A DNA stretch of 64,000 nucleotides, taken from IMG/VR virus record IMGVR_UViG_3300030333_006991. One strand, given 5' to 3'. This document shows positions 44,770-55,288 of this stretch, one piece after another (position 1 is the stretch's first letter; every line of letters starts with the position of its first letter). A program made the translations under genes and the position numbers. The DNA comes from an uncultured virus (IMG/VR IMGVR_UViG_3300030333_006991) (Duplodnaviria > Heunggongvirae > Uroviricota > Caudoviricetes). Below the pieces are notes generated by a model. That model was not told where the DNA came from. It ran no database searches and saw only the letters and a list, made by a program, of their open reading frames with translations.

Positions 44770-45669
44770 ATGAATACTCTTGAGAATGTCTATTGTCTTG
44801 GTTGTAAAACACGCCATGAAAAAGTCGTTATCAGCGAAATAAACACTATTCAAGTCCGTGGGTCTACTCGGCATCAAGCGAAAGGCGTCTGTCCTGAAGG
44901 TAAAACTTGGACAAAAATCTTGAAGGCTTCGGAAATACCCACTATGCAAGATGCAGTAGGGGAAACTGTTGAAGTCGAGAGCGTAAAAGAGGAACCCCTT
45001 TCTGAAACCCCTTCTAACGAGGTAGTTGAAGAAGAGAAAGAAACCACAGTAGATGTTTTTGAACGGGCGAAGCGGGAGGCTCAAATAGTTGAGGAATCGC
45101 AACCTCCAAGTGTTGAACAGGTTGTCGTTGTTGAAGATGTGGAGTCCGTAAGTGTGGAAACGGGGGAAGAAGATATTCAAATCGAACAACCACGGATTCA
45201 AATGGAAGAGGAAGAGATGGAAGATGAAGAGGAGGATGGTGGCGAAATACACACTCTTCATACCACTTATCCTCGACCTCGTAAAAGAGTGGAATTGCGA
45301 GAACCTCTTAGACAGCCTCCTAAAAAGGAAACTCCTTCGCCTTCACCTCATGTGGAAAAACAGAATCGGGAGCGAGCATATCGAATCGGTTTTGAAATAG
45401 GTGGTCGTGTTGCAGAGGAAGAAGGTATTGAGTTTGGTCATTTTATCGAAGAGTGTTGGGAAGATACACGCATCCCCCGACAATATAGCGAGGATTTTGT
45501 TCAAGGTTATCTTGCGGGAGGTATGCAAGTAGTTGAAGAATCCATTGGAACCGAATCTCCTGATGAAATGCCAACAAATAACATGAAGCCTACTACCGTA
45601 GCAGGAATCGCAGGATTAGGGATTTTTGGAGCGTGGTTAGCGAGTAGATTGAATCAGGGACAACGATAG
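44770..45669 (+). CDS. Zn-binding (DUF5679-like) N-terminus, Glu-rich linker, C-terminal TM
   Basis: YCLGCK..AKGVCP; terminal AGIAGLGIFGAWLA. Confidence 0.7.
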   Translation: MNTLENVYCLGCKTRHEKVVISEINTIQVRGSTRHQAKGVCPEGKTWTKILKASEIPTMQDAVGETVEVESVKEEPLSETPSNEVVEEEKETTVDVFERAKREAQIVEESQPPSVEQVVVVEDVESVSVETGEEDIQIEQPRIQMEEEEMEDEEEDGGEIHTLHTTYPRPRKRVELREPLRQPPKKETPSPSPHVEKQNRERAYRIGFEIGGRVAEEEGIEFGHFIEECWEDTRIPRQYSEDFVQGYLAGGMQVVEESIGTESPDEMPTNNMKPTTVAGIAGLGIFGAWLASRLNQGQR

Positions 45670-45719
45670 AGCCTCCATAGGTTTTTATTGTCGTTCTGTT
45701 TCATAAGGAGGGGAATCCT

Positions 45720-46199
45720 ATGGGAATTAGAAGACAGGTTATTGAGTTTTCTTACGGTGATGATGGTTCTCAACCCGTAGAAGATTTAGAAGAGTTTCCC
45801 GAAAAACAGCAAAGTATCATCTCTTCGGGCTTCGGCAACGCTACTGAGCCGAGTGCTGCAACAAAGGTTAATCAATTCATAACTGTTGAAGCGATGGGTT
45901 CAACACCTGGTCTATGGGCGACAGAAACTAATTGGTGTCCTGTGGGATATATGCAGATTCAAGTAGAGAACACTTTCTTTTACAATTTACCTGACGGGAG
46001 GATGAGTGATGGGCTTTCAGGAACAGCAGCCCCTTATCCTATTTCTGTTCAATATCAGAGGTCGTATAATTCATTTCCGAGAGTTTATCTTTCACAAGGA
46101 ACCTCTTTTGATGTCTTATACTATATGGTAGAATCTTTTATCGGCACTCCTGATAATTTTTCAGGTTTGCCAATGGAATACAACACAGTGAATTATTGA
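45720..46199 (+). CDS. N-terminal part of a third capsid-protein paralogue
   Basis: EPSAATKVNQFITVE, MQIQVENTFFY, GTAAPYP, FPRVYLSQGTSFDVLY align with MCP1/2; last strand and helix missing. Confidence 0.75.
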   Translation: MGIRRQVIEFSYGDDGSQPVEDLEEFPEKQQSIISSGFGNATEPSAATKVNQFITVEAMGSTPGLWATETNWCPVGYMQIQVENTFFYNLPDGRMSDGLSGTAAPYPISVQYQRSYNSFPRVYLSQGTSFDVLYYMVESFIGTPDNFSGLPMEYNTVNY

Positions 46200-46208
46200 G
46201 GTGAAAAT

Positions 46209-48353
46209 ATGGGATGGACTACGATGCTAAACGACTTTACTTCTACCAATGAGTATACTCCTATCCTTGAACAGACAGCAATAAACAATCTTGTAGATTA
46301 TACTCCTGAAACTCTGATGATAACTTGTGCTGCTATGAATACTCTTGGTTCAGGAGAATACACTATTTGCTTAGGAGGTTATTACATCTGTAATGGAACG
46401 AGCGGCATTCCTTTAGGAGATTCTTCGCCTGTGATTATGAGTGGGTTACAAACTGCCACGGATGCCACGACAGGAGAACCTGTTTTTGGGATGTGGAGAG
46501 CAATCTCGCTACGAGATGTAGTGAGTAATCCTGCTCTAACTTGTCCTGAATTATCTACTGTTACACAAATTGTGGCTATTCCTTCTACCTCCGCAAATTT
46601 TCAGGCTAAAAGCCAAGATTATATGATTTTTGGACATACTGCTATTGATTATACAGGATTAGGTTATGGGGCTAACTTACCTTCGGCTCCTAACTCTGAA
46701 GTTTCTCCTTTTGGAATGCTGTTTAATACTCTAACCTCGATAGCCTCAGTATATTTTACTGATACATTAGCAACAAACCCTCCTCAAGCATGGGTCGAGA
46801 CAGATTCAGGGGCAGCCGCAGCGATTCACCCTAACACTCTGACTGATGCCGTGTATGATGCTCGTATGGACCGCATTGTAGCGGTGGGAAATGCCTCTGA
46901 AGGAGGTGGCGGGCAGACATCTGTGGGAATATGGATAGAAATGTTGGATGATGCTACCGCTCCGACTTTTGCTTACAATGGGAATATCGCAGGAACCACG
47001 GGAACACCCGTTTATCCGTGTTATTATCGTAGTGTTGATATTGTGAGTGCGGAAGCAGGTTTACCTACTATTTTCATGGCAGGAGGAGCGACCTACGCTT
47101 GGCCTAATCCTGACCCTCCTGCGACAGGCATTCTTACTTTGTATCAGGCGAATTATGATAAGGCGTGGGGAGGAGGTAATCCTCGTATAGCAGGTTTGGA
47201 TAATGGGCAGTTAAATCCCGCAGGATTGTGGGAAACCTTATTTGTGGGGGTTCTTGAGGATATGCCTACAAATATCACTATGGTTCAAAGAGTTGTCGCT
47301 GATGGAGAAGATGTAATCTTTGTCGGAGGTTCTAATGGACTCGGACCTTTCCTATATTCTATTAGTGGGCTGACCACTCAAGGAGGAACGAATCTTATCG
47401 AGCCTATTGGTTCCTCGACAAAAGTAGAGTTTGCTGAACAGAAAGTGGATTCAGGCTCCTTAATCTCTACGGTGGAACAAATTCCTACATACACCACAGG
47501 GGTCTTGACGGCTCCTCTTTCCGTAGTTGGCTTCACAGGAAGGAAGGCTAAATTGATGTCGGGAGGGCTCGTTTATCGTTCCTATATCTATCCTCGCACA
47601 CCTCCTGCATACAGTCCTACATTTGGTTCTGATAATGGATTTTTAATTTCTCTGAGCCGAGGTGCAAATCTATGGAATTTCACCATTAACCAAGACGCTC
47701 CTTCAACTCAATTATCGAATCTAAGAATAGGATATTTAGAAAACGATGGAACAGGGAATCCTGATGTATGTTACCTAATCAATTCTGAATATGGTTTAGG
47801 GGCGACACCTGCAACTAATTTCGCAACAGGAGCGTTTGCTACCAATAATATTGCCCGATGTTACTTTGAATATATTCTGTATGATGGGGTTGATGCTTTA
47901 GTTGCTAAAAAGTTACAACAATTAGGCATCAGAGTCACAATTACCAATACTGAATGGTATAAGCAAACTATTCTTGGACAGGGGCTTGATGTGGATGCTG
48001 ATTTCTTCCGAGAGTGGAGCGATTTACAAGATGAACAAAATGCTAACCGTCAAAAGTTGGCCGAAAAGTATGGAGCAAAACGACCTGCTAAAAGACCTGT
48101 GCGAACCGAATTGTTCGATGAGTATGCACACATGGAAGAATTGATGCAAGAAATGGATGCTATGAGAGAAAACGAGGCTGACTTTGAGGTTCCGTGGAGT
48201 GATGAAATCGGAGACATGAGAGAAGCCCGAATACGAGAAAAGACAACTCAAGATGTCGTGAGAATAAATGAGTTGGTCGAGTCAGGGGAATTGGCCGATT
48301 TAGGTGAAGTCGAAGTTGAGGAAAATGAAAAACAAACAGAAAAGGATGAGTAA
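46209..48353 (+). CDS. large beta-rich spike/vertex-like protein carrying the C-terminal part of the capsid paralogue
   Basis: CYFEYILYDGVDALVAKKLQQLGIRVTITNTEWYKQTIL matches VFVKYTLYDGPDALIANKLLELGITVNPANVDWYKRTLI. Confidence 0.75.
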   Translation: MGWTTMLNDFTSTNEYTPILEQTAINNLVDYTPETLMITCAAMNTLGSGEYTICLGGYYICNGTSGIPLGDSSPVIMSGLQTATDATTGEPVFGMWRAISLRDVVSNPALTCPELSTVTQIVAIPSTSANFQAKSQDYMIFGHTAIDYTGLGYGANLPSAPNSEVSPFGMLFNTLTSIASVYFTDTLATNPPQAWVETDSGAAAAIHPNTLTDAVYDARMDRIVAVGNASEGGGGQTSVGIWIEMLDDATAPTFAYNGNIAGTTGTPVYPCYYRSVDIVSAEAGLPTIFMAGGATYAWPNPDPPATGILTLYQANYDKAWGGGNPRIAGLDNGQLNPAGLWETLFVGVLEDMPTNITMVQRVVADGEDVIFVGGSNGLGPFLYSISGLTTQGGTNLIEPIGSSTKVEFAEQKVDSGSLISTVEQIPTYTTGVLTAPLSVVGFTGRKAKLMSGGLVYRSYIYPRTPPAYSPTFGSDNGFLISLSRGANLWNFTINQDAPSTQLSNLRIGYLENDGTGNPDVCYLINSEYGLGATPATNFATGAFATNNIARCYFEYILYDGVDALVAKKLQQLGIRVTITNTEWYKQTILGQGLDVDADFFREWSDLQDEQNANRQKLAEKYGAKRPAKRPVRTELFDEYAHMEELMQEMDAMRENEADFEVPWSDEIGDMREARIREKTTQDVVRINELVESGELADLGEVEVEENEKQTEKDE

Positions 48354-48512
48354 TCATGTCGCTTCACAATGCTCACATAACTCTGTGTGTAAAGTGTGAA
48401 AAAAAACCTGCAACCATAAATTACACCCCTCCTCATTTGAAGGAAACACGAACCAAATGGGCTTTATGTAGGGATTGTTACAACACCTTTTCCTCTATTT
48501 AGATGTTGAGTA

Positions 48513-48526
48513 GCATTCTTATAGTC
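48513..48526 (+). promoter_or_regulatory. GCATTCTTATAGTC promoter motif
   Basis: 29 nt before ATG 48555. Confidence 0.8.
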
Positions 48527-48554
48527 CTTCTGTTCAATTAAGTTGAGGGATGAT

Positions 48555-50462
48555 ATGAGCGAAGACATTGAAATCGAAGATGTTGAAGACGCTCTGCGTA
48601 GAGCAGACGAATTAGCCGACTTAACAGGCCGCTCAAAAAAGGACATCATAGCCGATTTGCTTGATGATGGACAATTGAATATGAGTGCGGGAGAAGATTC
48701 AGAAGAAAAAAAGGATTTCCTTGATGTCGCTCAAGAGCAAGCGGAAAAGTTGAAATCACTTTTAACCACTCTCATCCCTGTCTTTGCGTTGCTTATGGGA
48801 ATAGGTGCTGAAGGACTCGGTGTGGTTGATGTAACAGGATGGGGTGAAGATTCTATGTGGGATGATAGTAACCCTTACACACCTCCACCTACTGTTTGGG
48901 GTTGCATGGATTCCAATGCGAGGAATTACGACTCGATGGCAACGGCAGATGACGGTTCTTGTGAATATGATGATAATAATGGTGGAGGAGGTGGCCCTCC
49001 TGTAAATTGCCAATGGTCGTGGGAGGATAATTCTTATTTGGATAACGGAAACTTTTTAGTGATTCGGGCTACTTTCTCTGACGATTCATGCCCCCATGAA
49101 ATGGAAGGCCACTTCACTGTGGAAATAATCAAAGATAATGAATACTACGATGAAGATGAATGGCACAATATCAGATTCAAACACCACTACGACTTAGAAC
49201 ATCAATTTGTCGAGTTAGAAGCAGGTGTTTATCGAAATCACTTCAAGTTTGAAACAAATGACGGTTCACAGTGGACTTGGGACTCTCCTGAAACCCATGA
49301 AGTATTTGATGATACTTGTTATCCTCAAACAGAATTGGATGCGCCCACTCTAAGCACAGATGGTAACGACTTAATTGTGGATTTGGTTTTCTCTGATATG
49401 GGTGGTTGTGGGCAAGATATTGAAGTGGAAATGGAAGTTTGGAGAGCAGGAGAGTTATATGATAGTTTAGATTATGGCGAAGTCCATAGTGGTGTCTTTT
49501 GGATTGAACCTGAGGGTGATTCAACTATGCGTGTGCAAGGCAAGGCTGAATTAAGTGACCTTCCTGATGGTGATGATTGGACAGTTAAGGCAAGATACGC
49601 TCATGCTAACGCTGATGATGCACCGTATGAAAGCGGATGGCGAGAATCTAATTCTGTTGTTATTGACGAAATTGATGATAACATTTACGGTTGCACCGAT
49701 TCCGAAGCCACCAATTATGATTCTATGGCTACCTCAGATGATGGTTCATGTGAATATCCTCCCGAAGACCCTTGTGATGTGGAAATACACAATCATTATC
49801 GGGGCCATGTAGCGGAGGATGCAGAACAAGATGCTATCTTAGTCGCCTTTAGAGTTGTGCCGAGCAATTGTGAAGAAGAACAGATTGAAATAGACATCGA
49901 GTTATTCCAAAATGGCTACGAGGCAAATTACACTCATTGGTTAGAAGTCAGTGGAGATGATGAATACACTGATGTATCTCATGTTTTTGATGGTGTAGCC
50001 GTGGGTAATTCTTGGATTCCGAAAATCACAGCCTCTCTTAACGATGAAGTTTTAGAGCAGGTTAATTTTTGGGGTATAGATGTTGAAGAACAAGAGCCTG
50101 AAATATGTGAAATAAACCTTTATTGGATTGGCTTCGCTACGAATGCTACTCATGCTCAAGTTGGATATGACCTTGATTGTGGTGAAGAACAAAACGACCT
50201 TGACGGCTACAATGTATCGGTTCAATTCTTGGTGTATGAAGTTGGTTCAGCGAACAATTCTTCCGCTCAACCTATTCTCTATGAAACACGCTTGCATTAC
50301 ATTCAAGGATGGGTTGAAGACAACCAATTGATTACTTTGACTAATTTCACACAGTCGAACAACACCCATTACGATTTCTATTGTTATTTCACATGGATTG
50401 ATGGTGAAGGAGAATCACGAATGATGGAATACAAATGGTTGAATAGAGAATTGGAGGCGTAG
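48555..50462 (+). CDS. acidic membrane-anchored surface protein with GCxDxxAxNYDxxATxDDGSC repeats and Ig-like domains
   Basis: Two repeat copies (~48900 and ~49690); TM near residue 80. Confidence 0.8.
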   Translation: MSEDIEIEDVEDALRRADELADLTGRSKKDIIADLLDDGQLNMSAGEDSEEKKDFLDVAQEQAEKLKSLLTTLIPVFALLMGIGAEGLGVVDVTGWGEDSMWDDSNPYTPPPTVWGCMDSNARNYDSMATADDGSCEYDDNNGGGGGPPVNCQWSWEDNSYLDNGNFLVIRATFSDDSCPHEMEGHFTVEIIKDNEYYDEDEWHNIRFKHHYDLEHQFVELEAGVYRNHFKFETNDGSQWTWDSPETHEVFDDTCYPQTELDAPTLSTDGNDLIVDLVFSDMGGCGQDIEVEMEVWRAGELYDSLDYGEVHSGVFWIEPEGDSTMRVQGKAELSDLPDGDDWTVKARYAHANADDAPYESGWRESNSVVIDEIDDNIYGCTDSEATNYDSMATSDDGSCEYPPEDPCDVEIHNHYRGHVAEDAEQDAILVAFRVVPSNCEEEQIEIDIELFQNGYEANYTHWLEVSGDDEYTDVSHVFDGVAVGNSWIPKITASLNDEVLEQVNFWGIDVEEQEPEICEINLYWIGFATNATHAQVGYDLDCGEEQNDLDGYNVSVQFLVYEVGSANNSSAQPILYETRLHYIQGWVEDNQLITLTNFTQSNNTHYDFYCYFTWIDGEGESRMMEYKWLNRELEA

Positions 50463-50466
50463 AGAA

Positions 50467-50640
50467 ATGAATAACACGCAAATTATAGGGGCAGGAATTT
50501 TTATCATCGGTATGGCGACCCATGTTAAATTCCGTTCTCATCCTTCAGGAACCTTTTTATTCATTGTTGGAGGATTTTTGCTGTGGAATGGTTGGGTGGC
50601 GTCTGTTAATGATGACCGCAACTTTGCTATATTTGGATAG
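50467..50640 (+). CDS. 57-aa two-TM protein
   Basis: Read manually; SD GGAGG. Confidence 0.55.
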   Translation: MNNTQIIGAGIFIIGMATHVKFRSHPSGTFLFIVGGFLLWNGWVASVNDDRNFAIFG

Positions 50641-50650
50641 GTGATGTAAA

Positions 50651-50881
50651 ATGGAATTGGATGCTTTTGGATTAGTTGCAGAATATGGATTGCCTTTGGT
50701 TTTGTTGTTAGGGGCGATTTACGCTCTTTACAAGTTTATGGTGTTCAGCCTCTACGAAGTAAAAAATGAGTTTGGTAAAAGGCATGAAGAAAATGCACAG
50801 GCTAATGAGGACATCAAAATAGCGTTGGCAGAAATTAAATCCGACTTGAAATTATTCTTAGAGATTATGAGGGATAGGTGA
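50651..50881 (+). CDS. holin-like small membrane protein
   Basis: N-terminal TM plus coiled coil; SD GGTGA. Confidence 0.55.
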   Translation: MELDAFGLVAEYGLPLVLLLGAIYALYKFMVFSLYEVKNEFGKRHEENAQANEDIKIALAEIKSDLKLFLEIMRDR

Positions 50882-50885
50882 AAAG

Positions 50886-51161
50886 ATGACTCATGTAGTA
50901 ACTTCAGCGTGTGTGAATCACAAATATCAAGATTGTGTAACGGTATGTCCTGTGGAAGCGTTCCGAGAATTAGAAAAATATCTCGTTATTCATCCTGACG
51001 ATTGTATTGATTGTGGGGCTTGTATAAGTGTGTGTCCTGTGAATGCAATCTTTGAAGAGAGCGATGTTCCTGAGGAAGAATGGGAATGGATTAAACGAAA
51101 TGAAATCGAGGCGGAAGACGCTCCAATTGCCGAAGGAGATTCAGAGGTTTTAGGTGATTAA
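50886..51161 (+). CDS. fdxA: ferredoxin (FdxA-like dicluster)
   Basis: [32 protein letters not shown]. Confidence 0.92.
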   Translation: MTHVVTSACVNHKYQDCVTVCPVEAFRELEKYLVIHPDDCIDCGACISVCPVNAIFEESDVPEEEWEWIKRNEIEAEDAPIAEGDSEVLGD

Positions 51162-51162
51162 G

Positions 51163-51531
51163 ATGAGTAAAATAGATTGGGATGTAAGAATTACTTTCAA
51201 CAATTTGATGGTGGCTATGGTGTCTTTACCACTAATTTTAGTGTTCATGGTGTTGTCTTATCAATTGATAACTACGGCTTTCGTAGACGACCAAGTGCGA
51301 GAAGATATTGAAGCGTATATCGCTGTTCTTGGTATTTTGAGCGGTCCTGCATACATGGCTATTTCAAGGTTCTTTGATAGGTGGAATGCCGAAGAAGAGG
51401 AATATATCGAATCTGTGCGTAGACAACATAAAACAGAAAACGATATTCGCAGAGCGCAAGGACGATTACAAGAAGATGAAGAACCGATTATTATTGAACC
51501 TGAACCTGATACAGATGAGGTGATAGAGTGA
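51163..51531 (+). CDS. two-TM protein
   Basis: SD GGTGA; hydrophobic helices. Confidence 0.7.
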   Translation: MSKIDWDVRITFNNLMVAMVSLPLILVFMVLSYQLITTAFVDDQVREDIEAYIAVLGILSGPAYMAISRFFDRWNAEEEEYIESVRRQHKTENDIRRAQGRLQEDEEPIIIEPEPDTDEVIE

Positions 51532-51719
51532 GAGATGGCGTGGTTTTAGAAAGTGTAGTAGTAGGCTTGACGACTTTAGGAATAGGGTCTGCTTTGATGT
51601 TTGTTCCTATTGAAAACAAGTGGTGGCCTTTTGCAGGAACCTTTTTAGTAGGGTTTTTAGCCCACCTCGGCTATGAATGTGTGGGTTTGAATAAGTGGTT
51701 TTGTGAAAACCGAATGTAG
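51528..51719 (+). CDS. small two-TM protein
   Basis: SD GAGGTGA; GLNKWFC. Confidence 0.65.
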   Translation: MRDGVVLESVVVGLTTLGIGSALMFVPIENKWWPFAGTFLVGFLAHLGYECVGLNKWFCENRM

Positions 51720-51756
51720 AAATAGTCGAACAGCGAAGTTGAAATAGGTGAGATAA

Positions 51757-52350
51757 ATGACGGGTTACAATATCACTTGTAATAATGCAGGAGGTTTGTA
51801 TAATCAACAATGCTATGATTCTCAAGGCCACGAAATTATTGCTTACACTTCTACGGGTGCGCCCATTGGTTACGATGCTCAATCAGGAAAAACTTATCTG
51901 AGTGCATTGGATAGTAGTGGGAATGTGTATCAACCCTATGGGTCAGCAGGTATTCCTTACACCATTCAAGATTCAGGACCGATTTCCTCTGTTGTAGGTA
52001 ATTGGATGCCCTCAGGAGGAGCAGACCCCCAAGCATTTCTCAGATTGATGACGATGCCTGGTGCAGCCGCTCGTCAAAGAGAAGCCTCCACTACGGTTCC
52101 GTGGTATTACAATGTCTTTGGATTGAAAACACAACCTGAAGTAGTCGGAGGTCAATGGTGGCCTTCTTGGATGTCGTTTTCGTCTGAAAGTAAGCCAAAG
52201 GGTGGCTCCAATCCCACTCAAACCATCTTTGGTAAGATAGCCAATTGGTTTAACTTTGTGGAAGCAAGTGGAACACGAATGGCAAGAGCAGGAATAGCAA
52301 CCGTAGGCGTTCTTGGGATTATGATGGTGATGCGTAATAAAGGTGAGTAA
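51757..52350 (+). CDS. C-terminal TM protein with SFSSES linker
   Basis: SD GGTGA. Confidence 0.7.
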   Translation: MTGYNITCNNAGGLYNQQCYDSQGHEIIAYTSTGAPIGYDAQSGKTYLSALDSSGNVYQPYGSAGIPYTIQDSGPISSVVGNWMPSGGADPQAFLRLMTMPGAAARQREASTTVPWYYNVFGLKTQPEVVGGQWWPSWMSFSSESKPKGGSNPTQTIFGKIANWFNFVEASGTRMARAGIATVGVLGIMMVMRNKGE

Positions 52351-52558
52351 AATGGTCAGTAGCGAAGATTTACAAGACACAGGCGATGAAAAAGAGGCTA
52401 TCGCAGAACACCACCAAGATAAGGTGGCACAACTCCGAAGTAGATTTTTTATTGAAACGCTCGCTTTTATGGGTGTTACTATTGGTTTTACACTCTCCCT
52501 ATACAATGTATGGAGAACCCATCGCCAAATACAAGGTCAAATCAACAATCTTAATTGA
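52343..52558 (+). CDS. small single-TM protein
   Basis: ORF with TM. Confidence 0.6.
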   Translation: MSKMVSSEDLQDTGDEKEAIAEHHQDKVAQLRSRFFIETLAFMGVTIGFTLSLYNVWRTHRQIQGQINNLN

Positions 52559-52616
52559 TACTCTTGATAGTGTGCTTACGCTTAAAGCGTAGAAATGTTA
52601 CTTTACACTGATACCC

Positions 52617-53129
52617 ATGACGGATGAGTGTGAAACAACCTCTGATGACGCCCCTAACGAGGGTATTGAAGGTGAAGATGATGTCGTGGTGGAAAGGGAT
52701 ATTGTGGATTTTTGGCAGTTTACTGAGTATGCTCGTTTGACTATCGGAGAAGAGGAGTATAAGAGTGACCCTGATTTTTGGGCGGCACAGTTTCAACGAG
52801 ATTATGATACTATCAAGGAAAGGCTTGAAATTGAAAGAAAGGTTATTTCGGGCGAGATGGTTTTGGGTGATTTTGAAGAAGATTTAACACCGCATGAGTT
52901 TGTTTGGGAAAAGGTAGGTGGATTGCGGTTACTAAGCCTTGACCAATTGATTTTAGAGTGTAATCAAGGTATTTTCCGTGAAGATAGATTTTACTGTGAT
53001 AAGGGGCGGGCGTGGATGAAAAAGGTGGTAAAAACATTAAACGCTTACGGTTTTCCTTATGTGAGAAAGGTGGAAGTGGAAAAACGACTTCTTTTAGAAG
53101 TGAGTAAGAATCCAATGGGAGTGATATGA
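52617..53129 (+). CDS. hypothetical protein
   Basis: 170-aa ORF. Confidence 0.65.
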   Translation: MTDECETTSDDAPNEGIEGEDDVVVERDIVDFWQFTEYARLTIGEEEYKSDPDFWAAQFQRDYDTIKERLEIERKVISGEMVLGDFEEDLTPHEFVWEKVGGLRLLSLDQLILECNQGIFREDRFYCDKGRAWMKKVVKTLNAYGFPYVRKVEVEKRLLLEVSKNPMGVI

Positions 53130-53611
53130 TGAGCGATGATGTAGATTGGGACAGGTTATCGAATCCTCAAATTATTTCGGCTAAATTCATGGTATTCCTT
53201 GTTTTAGGAATTATGTGTGTCGTGCAAACCTTTTCCATCTTGGTTGCCCCTACTGAATGGTGGACTTGGCAATTACTTGGATTTATTACCGCTACGAATC
53301 TTGGGGCTGTGATATTGGCGATTATGGCACAAAACACGGCTAATGATATTGGGAGGCAGACGAAAAACGCCTTCACTCCTGAGTTTTACAAAACCATTAC
53401 TGTTTTATCGAGTTTCCATCGTCTATTTGAAGAAGAGGCTGAAAAGGAAGGAAAGGATTTGAATGCGGAAGTCGAAGATTTAGCCCCGAAGGTTTGGAGC
53501 CTTGTTAGGGCGAAAATAGATGTTGATGCTTCTGAGGGGGTGGAACCGATGGACGCCTCACAGTTTGTAGATGAGGCTACGAGTGACGAATTAACCTTTG
53601 AGAATGCGTAG
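53126..53611 (+). CDS. two-TM protein
   Basis: ATGA overlap; hydrophobic helices. Confidence 0.7.
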   Translation: MMSDDVDWDRLSNPQIISAKFMVFLVLGIMCVVQTFSILVAPTEWWTWQLLGFITATNLGAVILAIMAQNTANDIGRQTKNAFTPEFYKTITVLSSFHRLFEEEAEKEGKDLNAEVEDLAPKVWSLVRAKIDVDASEGVEPMDASQFVDEATSDELTFENA

Positions 53612-53659
53612 ATAAGCATTTTGCCGATAATTGATATAGTCGGCCTGTGGAAGTAAGTT

Positions 53660-53917
53660 GTGAACACTTTACGCAAGATTGCATTTATTCTATGGTTGTG
53701 TCTATGTTTCTTTATCGTGGTAGGTATTGTTCAGTTGTCTTACTTTGCGGAAACAGGGAATTATCTCATGTTCAATCCTGAAGAAGTGTATGATTTATTG
53801 AGTGTCTACGCCCCTCTCGGCTTCCTAATAGATATTGTCGTTATCGGTCTGATATTTCGTTACTTTGTCCGAAGACAAAACCGTAAAAGAGAAGAGAGTC
53901 GGCCTTTGAAAGAATAA
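53660..53917 (+). CDS. two-TM protein
   Basis: Variant motif GATATAGTC upstream. Confidence 0.6.
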   Translation: MNTLRKIAFILWLCLCFFIVVGIVQLSYFAETGNYLMFNPEEVYDLLSVYAPLGFLIDIVVIGLIFRYFVRRQNRKREESRPLKE

Positions 53918-53922
53918 ATACC

Positions 53923-53933
53923 TTCTTATAGTC
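53923..53933 (+). promoter_or_regulatory. TTCTTATAGTC promoter motif
   Basis: Upstream of the beta-rich structural gene pair. Confidence 0.75.
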
Positions 53934-54007
53934 GTCCTGCCGTGTAAGATTAGTCAAAGCGCACAGTTAAGTAGTAGTGATGATGAATAAGAACGGAAGT
54001 GAATAGT

Positions 54008-54469
54008 ATGGCAAACCAAGACCCACAACCTGAGATTTACAATGTCCAATCCAACTTTGCACAAACAGCAACAGCAGGAGTTGTGACTAACATTCAAACC
54101 TCTCAGGCGAATAATGAAGAAGTTAGAATTTACGCTATGATGGTTAATATCACCACTACGGCAGGTGCAGCAGTTAGCCCAACGGCTGACCCTGATATTG
54201 ATTTCAATGTGCAAATCACAGTTGGCCCGAACAATATTCCTACCAATCCTTTTAGTATTGCTCCAACTTTTTGTAGTGAATCGAAGATGCTAACTTTCCC
54301 AACCCCAATTCTTGTTCTCTATCAATATCCACTACAAGTTACAATTACACCTAACAATGCAATAGCCTCAGCAGATGGCAGAACAGTTACACTTCAACTA
54401 ATCAGCGAATTGGCTCTACAAAAGGTGGCAGGAACATATACGGACAGCGACTTCCCTCGCTCACGCTGA
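54008..54469 (+). CDS. beta-rich putative structural protein (minor capsid/penton candidate)
   Basis: Thr/Asn/Val rich, strand periodicity, no TM. Confidence 0.55.
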   Translation: MANQDPQPEIYNVQSNFAQTATAGVVTNIQTSQANNEEVRIYAMMVNITTTAGAAVSPTADPDIDFNVQITVGPNNIPTNPFSIAPTFCSESKMLTFPTPILVLYQYPLQVTITPNNAIASADGRTVTLQLISELALQKVAGTYTDSDFPRSR

Positions 54470-54503
54470 GGTGGTTGAGGCCACTAAAGCGGAGGGATAA
54501 AAA

Positions 54504-55256
54504 ATGGTAGCACCCACACAAGGACAACGAAACCTGAAAAATGCGTATCGCAAAAAGGGTTTTCAAACTCCTTACACTAAACAGGGTGACTCCGTAGACC
54601 CAAGCCCACCCCCTGTTAGCAGTTATGGAACCACATTAACGGCTCCAACGAGTCCACATCGTAAAGGATTAACGAGTCCTGTTCAGCAGCGTCCTGTAAG
54701 GTCGAGGTTCGGTGATAAGTCAGCCTTTCGTTCCTATAACTACAATATTACACCGTGGCATCTCTATCCTAAAGCGGATTCTTCAAATGTAATCAAGAGA
54801 GAAAACTTAGCCACAGGAACATTAGCCAATGGTGGCGCAAGTGTAGATATTCAGACGGTTTTTCTCACTGATAACGGATTGGCTCCAAACGCAGGAGGAA
54901 GTCCTTTAGGAGAGTTTTGGAGAATTAGTAGATTTGGTCATGCAGAATTGGCTTATGGAGCGGGATTTGCAGGAAATATTACATATCAAATCGTCATTGA
55001 CGGACAGGTTTCTTTAGAATGGCAAAACTTTCAACTTGGGCCTACCACACCGAGCAACCAAATGTTCCATTTTGAAAATCCTCTTGTTGTTAAACAATCC
55101 TTTGTTTTCCGTGTAATTAACAATGCTACGGGAGGAACCCCAAGTCCGAGTTACAATTTCGCCACTGATGGTAATGTGGATAGTCAAATTGTTGGTTGGA
55201 CTGAACAATACGCTGCTTCTTCCGAAACCTCACACGAAGATATTGAACAATCTTGA
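54504..55256 (+). CDS. putative structural protein (basic N-arm plus beta domain)
   Basis: SD GGAGG; beta-rich C-terminal half. Confidence 0.55.
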   Translation: MVAPTQGQRNLKNAYRKKGFQTPYTKQGDSVDPSPPPVSSYGTTLTAPTSPHRKGLTSPVQQRPVRSRFGDKSAFRSYNYNITPWHLYPKADSSNVIKRENLATGTLANGGASVDIQTVFLTDNGLAPNAGGSPLGEFWRISRFGHAELAYGAGFAGNITYQIVIDGQVSLEWQNFQLGPTTPSNQMFHFENPLVVKQSFVFRVINNATGGTPSPSYNFATDGNVDSQIVGWTEQYAASSETSHEDIEQS

Positions 55257-55277
55257 GCGTGATGCTCTTTGCGAGTG

Positions 55278-55288
55278 TTCTTATAGTG
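55278..55288 (+). promoter_or_regulatory. TTCTTATAGTG promoter motif
   Basis: 31 nt before ATG 55319. Confidence 0.8.
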
